Source: Lama guanicoe (Eukaryota). Taken from it: DNA of 64,000 nucleotides. Shown one piece after another: positions 13,231 to 26,369 of this stretch. The notes below the pieces were generated by a model that was not told the origin of the DNA, did no database searches, and was given only the letters and a program-made list of their open reading frames with translations. Both the position numbers and the translations under genes were made by a program. Numbering within the stretch: the first letter of the stretch is position 1; every line of letters starts with the position of its first letter. The DNA is taken from the NCBI GenBank assembly GCA_013239625.1, contig MU056050.1, positions 978,084-1,042,083 on the forward strand, in the 5' to 3' direction.

Positions 13231-13535
13231 TCCTTTCCCTTTAACTGCTATTTGTCACTTATCCTTGTCATTAGCCTGGGACATTAATTTTTTTTTAAAT
13301 CACACTTTTTTCTTTCCATGGTTGAAACAAGTCATTTCTTCTAAGTTACAAAAATAATTTAACTTCTGGAAAAAGTATCTGAGGCTTTATTGTAATTATT
13401 TCTACAATTATTACTTTTTATATGGAACTCAAATTGCCTCAGTTAGACTTATTTATTGTATACTTCCTTAGATACTTTTCTAAGTATTTTATGTGTGTTA
13501 TTTCCTTCAGTCTTTAAATTCCAAATGGTGCCATT

Positions 13536-14050
13536 ATGATCCCCATTTTAAAAATGAGGAAACTAAGTCACTTGCCCAAGTCACATAGCTGTTAAAGAAA
13601 TCAGATTAGGCTCAAGATAGAGTAGCTCATGCCAAACCCCATGTCAGCAGACCTAAAACTTCACTAACTTTCTGTGCTTGGCTCTTCCAGAAAAGGAAGG
13701 CCTGGGTCAACCAGTCAGTGCTTGCCTGCTCAGCACAAGTTACCTATCCCAACTCCAAGAGTTCCCTTTGCTCCACGTTAGGAAAGTGACCTTGCTTAAA
13801 CTGACCAGCAAATGCCCAGGATATATTCCTTGTTCCTGACACTTTGGTCTATAAAAATCTCATGCCTTGTACAGCTCCTCAGAACTCCTTTCTGTCTGCA
13901 CAATTGGATGCTACCTGGTTCATAAATCACTGAACAAAAGCCTAGGAGATCAGTAAATTGTCTGTTGAAAATTTTCTTTTAACATAGCTAAAGTACGTGG
14001 AGGAGATGGAATTTTAACCAAGCAGTTTGTCTTCAGAGTCTCTACTTCAA
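13536..14050 (-). mobile_element. MIR SINE split by an LTR insertion
   Basis: 'atccccattttaaaaatgaggaaactaagtcacttgcccaagtcacatagc' resumes after the LTR as 'taaagtacgtggaggagatggaattttaaccaagcagtttgtcttcagagtc'. Confidence 0.8.
13590..13984 (+). mobile_element. ERV1-class solo LTR (395 bp)
   Basis: TGTTAAAGAAA...TTTCTTTTAACA inverted termini, perfect 4-bp TSD TAGC (13586-13589, 13985-13988), TATAAAA at ~13850, and a 'caagatagagt' YY1-like motif near the 5' end. Confidence 0.88.
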
Positions 14051-14054
14051 ATAA

Positions 14055-14215
14055 TGGCTAGTCAGTTTGTGGCACATGGACCATCAGTATTGGCATCATT
14101 TGGAGCTTGTTAGAAATGTGTAATCTCTGACCCCACCCTAGACCTACTGACTCAGAATATGAATTTTAACAAGATCCTCAGTTCTCATATATATTAAAGT
14201 TTGGGAAGTACTTCT
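14055..14215. mobile_element. MER5A hAT-Charlie MITE
   Basis: 'catcatttggagcttgttagaaatgtgtaatctctgaccccaccctagacctactgactcagaatatgaattttaacaagatcctcag'. Confidence 0.85.
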
Positions 14216-16044
14216 TTAAACCACTAATGGATGATAATATGAGCCTACTCCCTATCTGACACATGCATTTCTTGTATAACCATTTAAATGAACAGGCAAA
14301 TATAACACCAGAAATAACACCATACCTAAGAAAATGAGGAAAGCAAAATGTTCATGTGACTGAAAACTAAAATATATACAGAAATAGTGCAGAGAAGACT
14401 AACTTGAACACAGGCACTAAGGTCAGTCTGCTGCTCCTTCTGTTGAGATTGAAAAAAATTAAGTAGAGTAAACCAAAAGAAAATGTATAGACCATCTGTT
14501 GTGTTTTCAATATAATTGAAGAAAACATGGATTCTCTCTTTAAAAAAGGAAAAGACATGGTGATATGAACCGGAAACCAAAGTCTCTGCCCTCATATCTC
14601 CATGCTTCTATGTGGGAGGGAAATTTAAATGAAAAAGAATATAAACTGAGCTGGCACCAAGTCTTTTGAATGTAAAGAGAGAGCTTTGTGTTGTGGCTCT
14701 TAACATGTAAGTATGGCTCAGGAAGTCTTTAGTAAAATAATGCATGGGCTTGTTTTAATTTTGTTTATTGTTTGAAAGGAATGCAAGGTCACGCTCAAGT
14801 TAGCATGAGAAATATTCCTTGCTTGTTTGAAATTAAATTGGTTTATTAACTCCTAGAAAAAATAAATTTCAACATGGTCAAGTTTATACACCTATTAGGA
14901 AAGCTGGTGAGGAAATCAGCTGCAGACCTCACTGGTGGAGAGGCTGAACTGAGACGACACTACCCACTTTGACTCTTAAAGGGACTTAGGGTCTGCGTAT
15001 GACCCCTCCAAGAGCAATGATGTCTGTGTGGATGAAAGTCTCTGTTAGTGCTTAACTGAAGCCAGAGACTCTCCAGTTTGCAAAAAAACAGGAAGTGATT
15101 AAGGGAAGGAGAACTCTCTTCTTGTAAGTAAAGATGGAGTTTCCCAAGGTAAGAGCAGCAGGGGACTGTCCGTGGGAACTTTAAAGAAGGGGCTGCGTAG
15201 AAAGGAATGGTTAATGAGAAAAGAGATAGCAAAGGGAAGCTGATGGAACTAAAAAGTTCATATGGGACATCTTCCCAGTTTGGAAGGCCTTTCCATTGTG
15301 CAATAGAACAGAATGATCAAGTCTAATATAAACTTACAATTTCTGTTGTTCTCACAGTGCTACTATTTTGAAGTACACATGACCACTAAGTAAAGAACTT
15401 GATAAAATCACTATAGTCTAGTGTGAGTTTGGTATGAAGAAGACAGGGGAAGGGGTCATAAACACAGAAAAGTGCACAAATCCGAAGTGCACTGCTTTGT
15501 GAATTTGTACGATGTGAACACTTCCATGTAACCGCCAGCCGGGGCAAGATACAGAATATAGTCCATGCTGTAGAAGCCTCTTTATTGAGCTCCCTCTACC
15601 CCGTCATTACCCTTCCAAAGCATAACCAGTATTCTGTAAGCCTCTGTTAATTTTGCCAAAATTTTAACTTTAATATGAATAAAATCATACAGTGTATATG
15701 CTTTTGTGTCTGTCTGCCTTGGCTCAGAGTTAGAATTGTAAGGTTCATCCATGCTGTCTTCATCGCTTTTCATTGCTTTATAGTATTTGAATATATGAAT
15801 GTACTACAATATATCTATGCATTATATTGTTTTCCATTTTTGCAGTCTGAATGGTGCTGTTGTGATCCCTCTTGTGCATGTCAGGGGGTGCGTGTATATT
15901 TGCATTTCTGAACTGGTGTTGCTGGATTGAAAGGCAAACGCATGGTTAGATGCTGCCAGTTTGCCTAAGCGGTTGTACCAGTTTTGACTCCTGCCACCAA
16001 CATATGAGAATTCTGGTTGCTCCATCTCTCCGTTAACACTTGCT

Positions 16045-16533
16045 GTGGATAGCTTACTATTTCTGCAAAACAAACCACTACAAAACTTAGTGGCTTAAAG
16101 CAATGATAATTTATTATCAAGTGACATAGGTTAGGTTCTCCTCAGTGGCTCTCCTCTAAACAGTGATTTTGGCTGGAGTTGACACTGACTGTGATCTCTT
16201 CTGTGTGTATTTATTCAGGGGCCCAGACCAGAGGGTGGATGAGCAGCAGTTATACAGGGGAAGCTCTGCTCATGAAGATGGCAAAAATGCATGTGGGCCA
16301 GCAGAACACACCCAAGGCCCTACGGCTTAGATTTGAAAATATCATACATTTATTTCTGATTTATTCTTTTTACCAAAGCAAGTCATTAGGCCAAACCCAA
16401 AGTCAAGGGTAGAGAAATATACTCCACAAATTTAATAGGAGGAATTGAAATGTCCCATGGCAAAGATTGTGGATCTGGTGAGAGATGAGAGATGAACAAT
16501 TAAGGAATTAAGGCTGTTAATGCAGTCTATCAC
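16045..16533 (-). mobile_element. MLT1-family (MaLR) solo LTR
   Basis: 'aacaaaccactacaaaacttagtggcttaaagcaa...gcaagtcattaggccaaacccaaagtcaaggg...gcagtctatcaCA'. Confidence 0.8.
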
Positions 16534-17174
16534 AACAATTTTTATTTTTCCCTGTTTGCATCATTCTGATTGAGGTGTTATGATAACACATTGTGTTTTT
16601 AATTTGTATTACTTTGATAGCAAATGAAGTTGAGAAGTTTTAAAATATATTTTTGTCCATTTACGTATATTTTTTTAGGGACTTTTCCATATCCTATGCC
16701 CACTTAAAAACTTGAGCTGTCTGCCTGTTTTTACTGATATATAGGAGTTTTAATAAAAATATGCTCTTGGATATGAGTCCTTCATCTGTTATATTTATTG
16801 CGAATATCTCCTCCCACTGTGTTGCTTACTTTCTCAATGTTTTAATGTTATCTTTGGATAAACAGACATTCTTAAATTTTAATGAAATGTAATTGACCAA
16901 CCTTTTGTTTTATGTTTAGTACATTTATATCCTACTTTAGAAATCTTTGCTTATCTGAAGGAAATGAGGACACTTTCCTGTTATTTTCTAGATGCTTATT
17001 TAACTTCCATATTTAGATAGATGACCCACGTGAAATTGTTTTCATATGTGCAAGGTTCAGTTTTTACTATGTAGATATCCAACTGAGAATCATTTATTGA
17101 AAAGAAATTATTTCCCTACTGCATTGTAGTGTTGTATTTGTGGAAAATCATGAGGCAACATATGTGTGAATCTG

Positions 17175-17765
17175 TGTGGCAGGCAGAATTTTAAGACTCT
17201 CCAAGACGCCACTCACTAATGCTGGGAATCTGTGAATATGAAGATAGAGCTCTCTCATAATTATGTTGTATTATATGACACAGTGAACCAAACAGTGGAC
17301 AGATAGGGAGATTATCAGGGTGGGCCTGATTTAATCACATTAGCTCTTAATGCAGAGCATTTTCTCCTACTGGTGGCAGAAGGGAAAGCCTGAGAGACTT
17401 GAAATATGAGAAGGACTCAACATGGCATTGCTGGTTAAATGAGATGGTATAGAGGCAGCCTTGAGATGAAGGAAACAGCTCCTAGCTAACAGCCAGTAAA
17501 GAAATAGGGAATTCAGATCTACATTTTAAGGAACTGGATTCTGCCTACAGTATGAATGAGGTTGAAAACAGATTCTTCCTCCAAACCTTTAGATGAAACC
17601 TCAGCCCAACCGATTTAATAATTTCAGCCTTAAGAGATCCTGAGCAGAGAACCCATTTTAGCCCATCTGGACTTCTGACCTACACAACCATTAAATGATA
17701 AATGAGTGTTGTTTTATGTTTCTAAGTTTGAGGTAGATTGTTACACAGCAATAGAAAATGATTGT
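17175..17765 (+). mobile_element. MLT1D/E-like (MaLR) solo LTR
   Basis: Starts TGTGGCAGGCAGAATT. Internal 'gggagattatc...gggtgggcctgatttaatcaca'. Ends 'ctaagtttgaggtagattgttacacagcaatagaaaa'. Confidence 0.85.
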
Positions 17766-18294
17766 GGTCTGCTTCTTTATTCTGTATTTTGTTCCATAGT
17801 TAATTTTTATCTATTTACCACAACAACACTACTATTGCTTTAATTAATATGACTTTATAGTAAGCTTTGATTTCTGATGTGTGTCATCCCTCCTTGTTCA
17901 AGATTATATTGATTTTTCTTGACCTTGAATTTTGATACTGATTTTAGAATCAGTTTCTCTCTTTATAAAAGGCAAAAACAAAACCAAAAAACACAGCCAT
18001 GATTTTATTTGCAATTATTTTGAGAACTGTCTTTAAATTTTGAGTCCAGGAACATGATATATTGCTCCCATTAAATGAGGTCTTCTTTAATATTTCTCAG
18101 TAATTTTTAATAACCTCATTTAAGTAAAATTTACATATCATAAAATTACCCATTTTAACTGTACAACAAAGACAATATCTGAAGAGGTAAATGCCAAGAA
18201 TTTTCCAAAATTGATAGGGAATATCAAAGCACAGATTCAATGGATGATATGGTCTTTGAAGAAGCATCTATTCAATTTTATGCTCTTAAAATTT

Positions 18295-19390
18295 TTATTT
18301 AAATTAAAAAAATTTTTATACAATTACAACATTTTTTAATTAAAGTATTGGGTCAATTTCTGATGTACAGCATAATATTTTGGTCATACATACACATATA
18401 TTCCTTTATAAATTTTAAAGGTTACTTTCTATTTATAGTTATTACAAAATATTGGCTCTATTCTCCGTGTTGTACAATGCATCCTTGTAGCCTGTTTTAC
18501 ACCCAATAGTTGGACTTTCCACTCCCCATCCCTAAATTGCCCCTCACCCCTCCTCACTGATAACTACTAGCTTGTTGTCTGTATCTATGAACCTCCTTTT
18601 TTGTTATATTCACTAGTTTGTTGTATTTTGTAGATTGCACATGTAATTGATATCATATTTGTCTTTCTCCATCTGACTTATTTCACTCAGCATAATACCC
18701 TCCAATTCCATCTGCATTGGTGCAAATGGCAAAATTTTGTTCTTTTTATGGCTGAATAGTATTCCATTGTGTATTATGTATCTATATCACATGTTTTTCA
18801 TCCATTCATCTCTTAATGGACCCTTTGGTTGCTTCTATACCTTGGCAATTATAAGTAATTCTGCTAGGAACATTGGGGTGCATATATCTTTTCGAATTTG
18901 TTTTGTTTTTTGTTTTTTGTTTGGATATATACTCAGGAGTGGAGTTGCTGGATCATATGGTAGTTATATTTTCAGATTTTGAGGAATCCCTCTGTACTGT
19001 TTTCCATAGTGCCTGCACCAATTTACACTCCCTTCAGCAGTATACAGGGGTTCCCTTTTCTCTGCATCCTCGCCAACAGTTGTTATTTGTGTTCTTTTTG
19101 ATGATAGTCATTCTGACAGTTGTGAGGTGATATTTCATTGAGGTTTTGATTTGCATTTCCCTGTTGATTAGTGATATTGAGCATCTTTTCATGTGCCTGT
19201 CAGCCATATGCATTTCCTCTTTGGTAAAATGTCTATTTGGTTCTTCTGCCCACTTTTTAATCAAATTGTTTTTTTGATGTTGAGTTATATATAAACGTTG
19301 GATATGAATCCCTTATCGGTCATACCATTTGCAAATATTTTCTCCCATTCAGTAGGTTGTCTTTTCATTCTGTTGACGGTTTCCCTGAGC
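18295..19390 (-). mobile_element. 5'-truncated laurasiatherian L1 (3' UTR plus ORF2 C-terminus) with a tiny younger L1 3' end nested at ~18330-18404
   Basis: ORF 19034..19264 ([49 protein letters not shown]...[10 protein letters not shown]) is the ORF2 CCHC region. 3' UTR 'aaaggttactttctatttatagttattacaaaatattggct'. Confidence 0.9.
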
Positions 19391-19903
19391 TTGTTTTCTT
19401 ATTTTTGAGTTTTGAGAGCTCTTTTTCTATTCTGCAAAAATGTACTTGATCAGATAAGTAATTTGCAAATATTTTTTCCCAGTATGTTGCTATTCTCTTC
19501 ATTTATTTCCCAGTGTATTTTGCACATCTAAAGTTTTTTAATTTGATGAATTCTCATTTGTTGATTCGTTTCTTTGATGGGTCATGCTTTTTGTATAATA
19601 TCTAAGAACAATCACTAGTGAAAGATCAGTGATTTGCTGTAGGGTTATTTCAGCATCATTTGTTGAAAATACTTTCTTTTTTTAATTGTCCTTACGCATT
19701 TGTCAAAAATTCATTAAATGTGTTTTTTCTCTAATTCTGAACTGTCTCTTCTGTTTCATTATTCTGTGTTTCAACCATTTTGCCAATACTAAACTGTCTT
19801 GAATACTGCAGCTTTAACTCTTAAAATAAGAGTAATGTAAGCCCTCTAGCTTTGTAATTTTTAAAAATAATTTTTGGTTCACCTGCCTCTTTGTTATTTC
19901 ATG

Positions 19904-19975
19904 TAAATTTTAGAATAAGCTTGTTTATAACTACAAAGATTTAAATTTTAGAATAAGCTTGTTTATAGCTACAAA
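19904..19975. repeat. Tandem duplication of a 34-bp unit (period 38, 1 mismatch) inside L1
   Basis: taaattttagaataagcttgtttataactacaaa (19904-19937) and taaattttagaataagcttgtttatagctacaaa (19942-19975). Confidence 0.95.
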
Positions 19976-21751
19976 ATAACCCTGTTAGAATTACATTAAA
20001 TTTATGAATTTAGACAGAATGTACATGTTGAATATATTCAATCTTTATATATGTTTTCATATTATAGGAACATAATGTCTCTCTGTTTAGGTTTTCTTTA
20101 ATTTCTTTCATCAGCATTTTGTAGATACCTACATACTGTTCCAGCACATATTTACTTATATTTATTCCTAACATTTATTTTTTTGAGGCTATTGTAAATT
20201 GTACTTAAAGAAATTTTGGCTTCCAACTGTTAATTGCTAGTATATGGAAATAAACTGATTTTTGTACTTTGACCTTGTTTTTTGTGACCTAACAAGAACT
20301 TACTACTTCTAGGGATGTTTTTAGATTCTTATTGCTGTTATTACTTATGGGAGCATTTTTAGATTCTTTGTGATTTTTTTCTACATACGCAGTCGTAGCA
20401 TTTAAATAGGGGCAGGTTTAATATTTTAAATTTAATGGAAAAGATAAATGATGAAACAGTGTATCTTTGTCATTGATTTCTAATTTAATTCCATTGTGGG
20501 TATACAAGATACTTTATATATGATTTGAATCTTTTAAAACTTATTGATACTTGTTTTCTTGGCCCAGAATATGATCTGTCTTGGTAAATGTTCTATGTGT
20601 ACTTTGAAAAATATTTTACTATTCTGGATGGAGTGTTGTATAAACATCAATTAGGTCAATTTGATTTATATTGTGTTTCATGTCTTCTATATCTTTACTG
20701 ATTTTCTGTCTACTTGTTCAAAAACTTATGGAGACAATTATTGAGAGATTTGAATTTAAATCTCCAATCATAATTGTCTTTTTCTTTTTCTTCTTTTAAC
20801 TCTATCATTGTTTCATGTATTTTATAACTGTTAATTAATTGAATATGCTATTATGATTGCTCTGCCTTCTTGATAAATTGACTCTTTTATTATTTTAAAA
20901 TAACGTTCTTTATTCCTAGTAATATAGTATTATTAATTTTATACTATAATATATATTTATGTTTTAATATAATATACAGAGTAATCTTTGTACTGAAGTC
21001 TACCTTATATTATACTAATAGACTCATTCCAGATTCCTTTTGGTATTGTCATAATATGTTTCCATCCTATTATTTTTAAATTATGTTTGTCTTTATATAT
21101 GAAGTATACTTCTTATAAGTATCACATAGTTGGATCCTGCTTTTTGTTTTCCCTTTAATTCAGTATTATAATTTCTGCCTTTAATTGGGGTATTTAGGCC
21201 ATTTACAATTAATGTGATCATTAATAAGATTAAGTGTAACATTTTGTATATTTTCTATTTTTTCTCTCTGTACTCTTGATTCCTTTTTCCTCTTTTTTAA
21301 AATCCTTCGGAACTAATTATTTTTCATTATTCAACTTTCTCTTTTTTGTCCTATCGTTGTTTATTTTAATACGTTAGTGGTTCCTCTTGGGTTGATAGCA
21401 TACTGCTGTAACTTCTCAGAGTGCACCTTTATGTGATATTATACTTTGTGAATAGCATCCCTATAACTATACATTCATTTACTTCCTATTGACGTTTGCA
21501 CTATTGTTGCCATTTATTTTACTTTTACATGCATTTTAAATCCTACAAACATTGTTATCTCATTTGCTTTTTAATTCTGTGTTTAAAAGATTTTAAAAAT
21601 AGGGGAAAAACCATCTTTATGGTTTTTCAGTGTTCTTCACCCTATTGTATAGATTCATATTCCCATGGCCAGTCTCTATCTGAAGGAATTCTATTAACAT
21701 GCCTGGTAATGCAGGTCTATTGGTGATGAATTATTTTACTTTTGAAAGTTT

Positions 21752-21958
21752 TTCTTTTTTTAATTGAAGTTTACAATGTTGTGTCAATTTCTGGTGTACA
21801 GCATAATAGTTCAATCATATATATACACATATATATATTGGTTTTCATATTTTTCATTATAGGTTGCTACAAGATATTGAACAGAGTTTTCTGGGCTATA
21901 CAATATAAACTTGTTTATGTATTTTCCATATAGTAGTTAGTATCTGCAAATCTTGAAC
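21752..21958 (-). mobile_element. Younger L1 3' end (same type as 6550-6703)
   Basis: Poly-T followed by 'aattgaagtttacaatgttgtgtcaatttctggtgtacagcata'. TSD aaagttt (21745-21751 / 21959-21965). Confidence 0.8.
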
Positions 21959-23763
21959 AAAGTTTAAAGTTTTATTTTGGAAATAAGTTCTCACTGGGTA
22001 TAGAATTCTTGGTTGATATTTCTATTTAACTCTTTAAGTGCTTTAAGGATATTTCCTCACTGTTTTTTGACTTGTATTCACAGTAGTGGTATGTTTTTGC
22101 TATTTGGGTGATGAAAACATTATAGAATTAAATAGTGATGGTGAATATACATCATTGTGAATATACTTAATGAATTTAACTGATGAATTTTATGTTACAT
22201 GTATTTTAGTACAATAAGCAATGGACAAAGGTCTGGAATAGATATTTCTTCAAAGACTATAAACTGGTGGTGTCTGCATTACCCAGCTTCAACAGTTATC
22301 AAAATTTTACTGTTCATATTTTATCCAGTCCCTTACTCATTTCTGTATTTTTGTTAAGAGTATTTGTAAAGCAAATCCAGGTACCACACCATTTCAACTG
22401 TAAATTTTCCACTGTGTATATCAATGTGATAAACTGTGTCCATGCTGCTGTTTATATGTTCAGTTGTTTAACTCATTGCTCTGAACTATGTGCTGGTACT
22501 TCAGAGTGAATAAACACCCTTGTTTATTTATATGTGCCCCCACAGATGAACACCTAGTCTCCAACTATCCACTTTCACTGAATTGCTGTGAAGAACAGCC
22601 TTGGACATTTTCTCTTGGGTCCTACATGAGGAGTTTTCTGGGATAGATACTCAGAAATCAGAATATAAATTTTATTAGAAGAGATAATAAAATTTATAAT
22701 TTTATAAAACTGTTCTCTGCATAGTGGGTAGCATTAGCTACTAGAAGCTATATTACAGAAAACTTTTCACCTCTTGACTCCAGAGGCTCATGTTTTATTC
22801 CTTTTCTATGACCCACATCATTTGTCACACTTATTTGGATATGTGTCTTGACCCCTGAACTTTTGTTGAGAGTAGGAATTAGATATTATTCACCAGGTGT
22901 CAGATAAGGTATCCAAGTGGTTGTTTAATACATTTGAACACTCCACAGTTACTAATCTGTGACCTCACTGCACAAAACTGGTTGATGATCCACAAATCCA
23001 GTTAAATCTGTTTCCTTATAAATCCTACCCCTGCCCTTCCACGTAACCTGTGATGCCTGTCTAGCCTTCCTATCACTATCACGAATTGTACCAAGCCTCA
23101 AACTCCATAACTTTAAAGTCATCATCAGGCCTTGGCTTAAGTTTCTTACCTGCTGCTCAGGTTTCTCTGTCTCCTTTGAACCTGCATTCTGTCTCTGTAC
23201 TAATGATACTTGGTGGCATGCACTAATTGAGTAAAAATGCCTTGAGCACTTATACTGAGGTGGTATTCTTTCATGGCAAAGAATGTAGAGGAAAAGACAT
23301 GATCTTATCAATAAATAGGTTACTGCCTCTTTAGAGAAAATCTTAGAAACCGAGACACTGCTCTTAGAGGTTTGTGTTAATGAAGGTCTGTAACCAACTT
23401 GGGAGAGCGTGACAGGAAGTAACAGGAGAAGTGGTTGGGCACAGGGCTATGTAGCTCTCAGCAGAAATGAGGCTGCTCAGAGAGTTGTGAGAGTTAAGAA
23501 GGAAGAGGGCCTGAAAATAGTGTCCAGGAAACAATAATAGGAACAGAATTCTAGACGATAAGATCCAAAAATACTGACTTGTGAACCTGAGATATGCCTT
23601 CAAGACTTCTTTCCTCTTTTGGGCTAGAACCCCTGTGCCCCTGTGGGGTCAGGGGTCATCTTTTTTTTTTTCCCCTTGTTAGCATTCATCCTAGGCCTCT
23701 AACAGTACTTTAATCAAAGGAGGTTCTTAATGAGTTGTTTATCAATTAATGTACCTTGTACAG

Positions 23764-24200
23764 TGTATTACTTTTCTATTGATGATTTAACAAGTTATGA
23801 CAAACTTAGCAGCTTAAAATGCATAAATTTATTATCTTAGAATTTTTTGGAATGGAAGTCCAACATGGATCTCACTCGGATAAAGATGTCAGTAGGGCTG
23901 TATTCCTTTCTGTAGGCTCTAGGGGATACCCACTTTCTTGCCCTTTCTTAGCTTCAAGAAGACATGTTCAATCCCTATAGCCTCCTGCTTCCATAGTCAA
24001 AACTAGCAAAGATAAGGTGAGTCCCTTGACTCCTTTCTTTTACCACTGTCTTCCACTTTTATGGACCCACTGTGATAATTCAGGATAATCTCCCCATTTT
24101 AAGGTCAGCTGATTAACAGCCCTAATTTCATTTTAGTCATAATTCCCCTTGGCCATGTAACCTAATATATTCACAGGCCATTAACATCTTTTGGGGTCAC
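23764..24200 (-). mobile_element. MLT1C/D-like (MaLR) solo LTR
   Basis: 'TGTATTActtttctattgatg...caaacttagcagcttaaaa...caggataatctccccattttaaggtcagctgattaacagcc'. Confidence 0.85.
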
Positions 24201-26369
24201 CAGGAAGTGAATGCTCAATGGGAAATCTAGAAGTCTCCTGCCAGGCCAAAAGGTTGTAAGGGCCACAGGTAGATGAATTGAATTAGTCAGCTTACAATCA
24301 TAGACAGGTGACTAACCTCACTATATCTTTCCTCGAAGGCCAAAAACCTGAATGAGGGACCCTCCACCTGGGGAGGTAAATAGAGTTTGATCTTGGAGGA
24401 TTTATCTCTTTCAATAAGTTGTTTATTTATTCTCACTCTTCATAAAAATGTATTCACCAGTGTTCTTCCTGTGAGATAAGCTCCTTTCTCCAGAAGACCT
24501 CAGGAGAGAGTAGGGGAATAGGAAGCTAATAGTACCAATGGTAAAATAAGCTTTTAAAAGTATCTATTAGGTGCTGAAATATATTGACAAACATTTTTCA
24601 TGTAAGACACATCTGTGATTAAGCCAGCCCCTGGTAGCATTCATCAGTCCTAGGTTGTAGCTTGCTGCATACCAATACCCAGCACAAACTTCTAGCAGGC
24701 AAATATTTGCCCTTACTCCTACATGAGTGAAAACCAAGTCTGGGTATTATACCTTACTGAGATGAACATGAACCCCCAAATTTGGAGAAAGACCAGGATA
24801 GCCAGTACAGCAAGATTTTCTATGAAATTCTTGATAGCCTCAGGAAGTGAATTCAGACAGGAAAACAGAAAACTGAGATGATCTATGAGGACATTGGGAA
24901 AAGGAGGTAGGATAGAAAAGTTTTCTGGTAGCAGCCAGGAAGTGAATGAACTTCAAAACATAAGAGAAATTTATTGGAGAGAAATGAAAATGATCCATAC
25001 CTCCACTGAGGTTGGAATACAGCCATGGTATGGTGGACAGGTAGCAGGTAAAGCATCCAAACTCGTAGTTGATGGTGATGGATAGGAGTCAGAATGAACT
25101 AGGGATATGGGAGGTGGCCAGGAGAAATGGCTTAGAGGAAATATCCTCTCCCTGCCACACATACCACCAGAATTGAACATGGGAAGATGAGAAAATGTGG
25201 AAGGTCATTTTGGAAGGTTCTTTAGGGGTGCTAAGGAAATATCCCCTATTTCAAACCACAGAACATTGTCCCCCACCTCAGCATCCCCACTCTTCAGGGA
25301 GGTGTCAGAATGGTGATTTGTGAGGTTTGAGCCTTCTATAGTTCCCATTGGCTGGAGGGAGTGCCTTGATGACCAAACAATGCTAAAAGGATGTGGTCTT
25401 GGGGCATGGTATCCACAGGGAGGGCAGAACCTGAAGGGCAGAAACTGGAGATTTTAGCATGGCTAAGTTGACCAGGAAATAAAGGAGCCTGGTGTACTTA
25501 GGAGACAATAAACCCTAGGCACCATAGGAAACAGTAAGCAGACCTTTAAACTCGGATTCAGAGATGGTGACAAAGTCAGATGATCCTACCCAAACTTCTC
25601 TTCTTCATTGACCACCTCCCCTGCAAACCTCCTCTTGTCCTTGCCTATTGCAGATCTTCTCTTCAGCCTGTACCCATTCTCAGTAAGACCTCCTTCCCAT
25701 TTATTCTTCACTGTATTTCCTTAACCCAGTACCTTTTTAAGCTCACCCTTTTGTCCTTTAAATTTCAAGACGTGGAGGAAAAACAAAATATTGCTTTACA
25801 TGAGTTCAAGTTATACATCTTCTCACAACTGCAGCTACTTTAAGAAGGCAGAATGGAGGATGATGGGTAACACACTTTGGCCATTACCCCAGACTGAGTA
25901 GGAGCCCAGGTCAAAGGCAGCTAGGCCAGGCCCAAGAGATGACACAGAACTACACCATTTCAAGATACAGCACCAACATACAGTACAGATGGTGATTTTT
26001 AAAATCAACAAGGTGAGAGAAACCCTTCCAGTAGGTATGTGTGTATCTCTGAGTTCTCTGATGATGGAAAGTGGGGCATAAAAGGAAGAGACAGGTAAAT
26101 GTAGAGGGAGGGAGGTGAAGCCTTCTGGGATTGGAGGCTAGATTGGAGGGTCAATGGGAAGTATATCTGGGATGAAGACTAGATGCGGACAGAGCACTGA
26201 AGGTATGTTTCCCTCCATAGCACTATCCCATGTGCACGGAGTTAAAAACAGACTTTATCAGAGCGTTTTCTCAGTTGGATGAGGGAAGTTCCTTTGATTC
26301 CACTCCATCTATAGTTTTCCTGTCTCATGTAAGGGATTAAAACATAGTCAACAGGGTTCAAGGACTAAA

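Larger units (their letters stand above)
15450..18105 (-). mobile_element. Ancient L1ME-like fragment (3' UTR plus ORF2 3' end) interrupted by two MaLR LTRs
   Basis: 'gaaaagtgcacaaatccgaagtgcactgc...aaatcatacagtgtatatgcttttgtgtc...cattgtgtttttaatttgtatt'. Continuous across the LTR insertions. Confidence 0.75.
19391..22080 (-). mobile_element. Fragmented old L1M (ORF2 3' part, then endonuclease and inter-ORF pieces)
   Basis: T-rich L1 antisense motifs: 'ttctaatttaattccattgtgg', 'ggcccagaatatgatctgtcttggtaaatgttc', 'tcactgggtatagaattcttggttga'. Confidence 0.75.
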
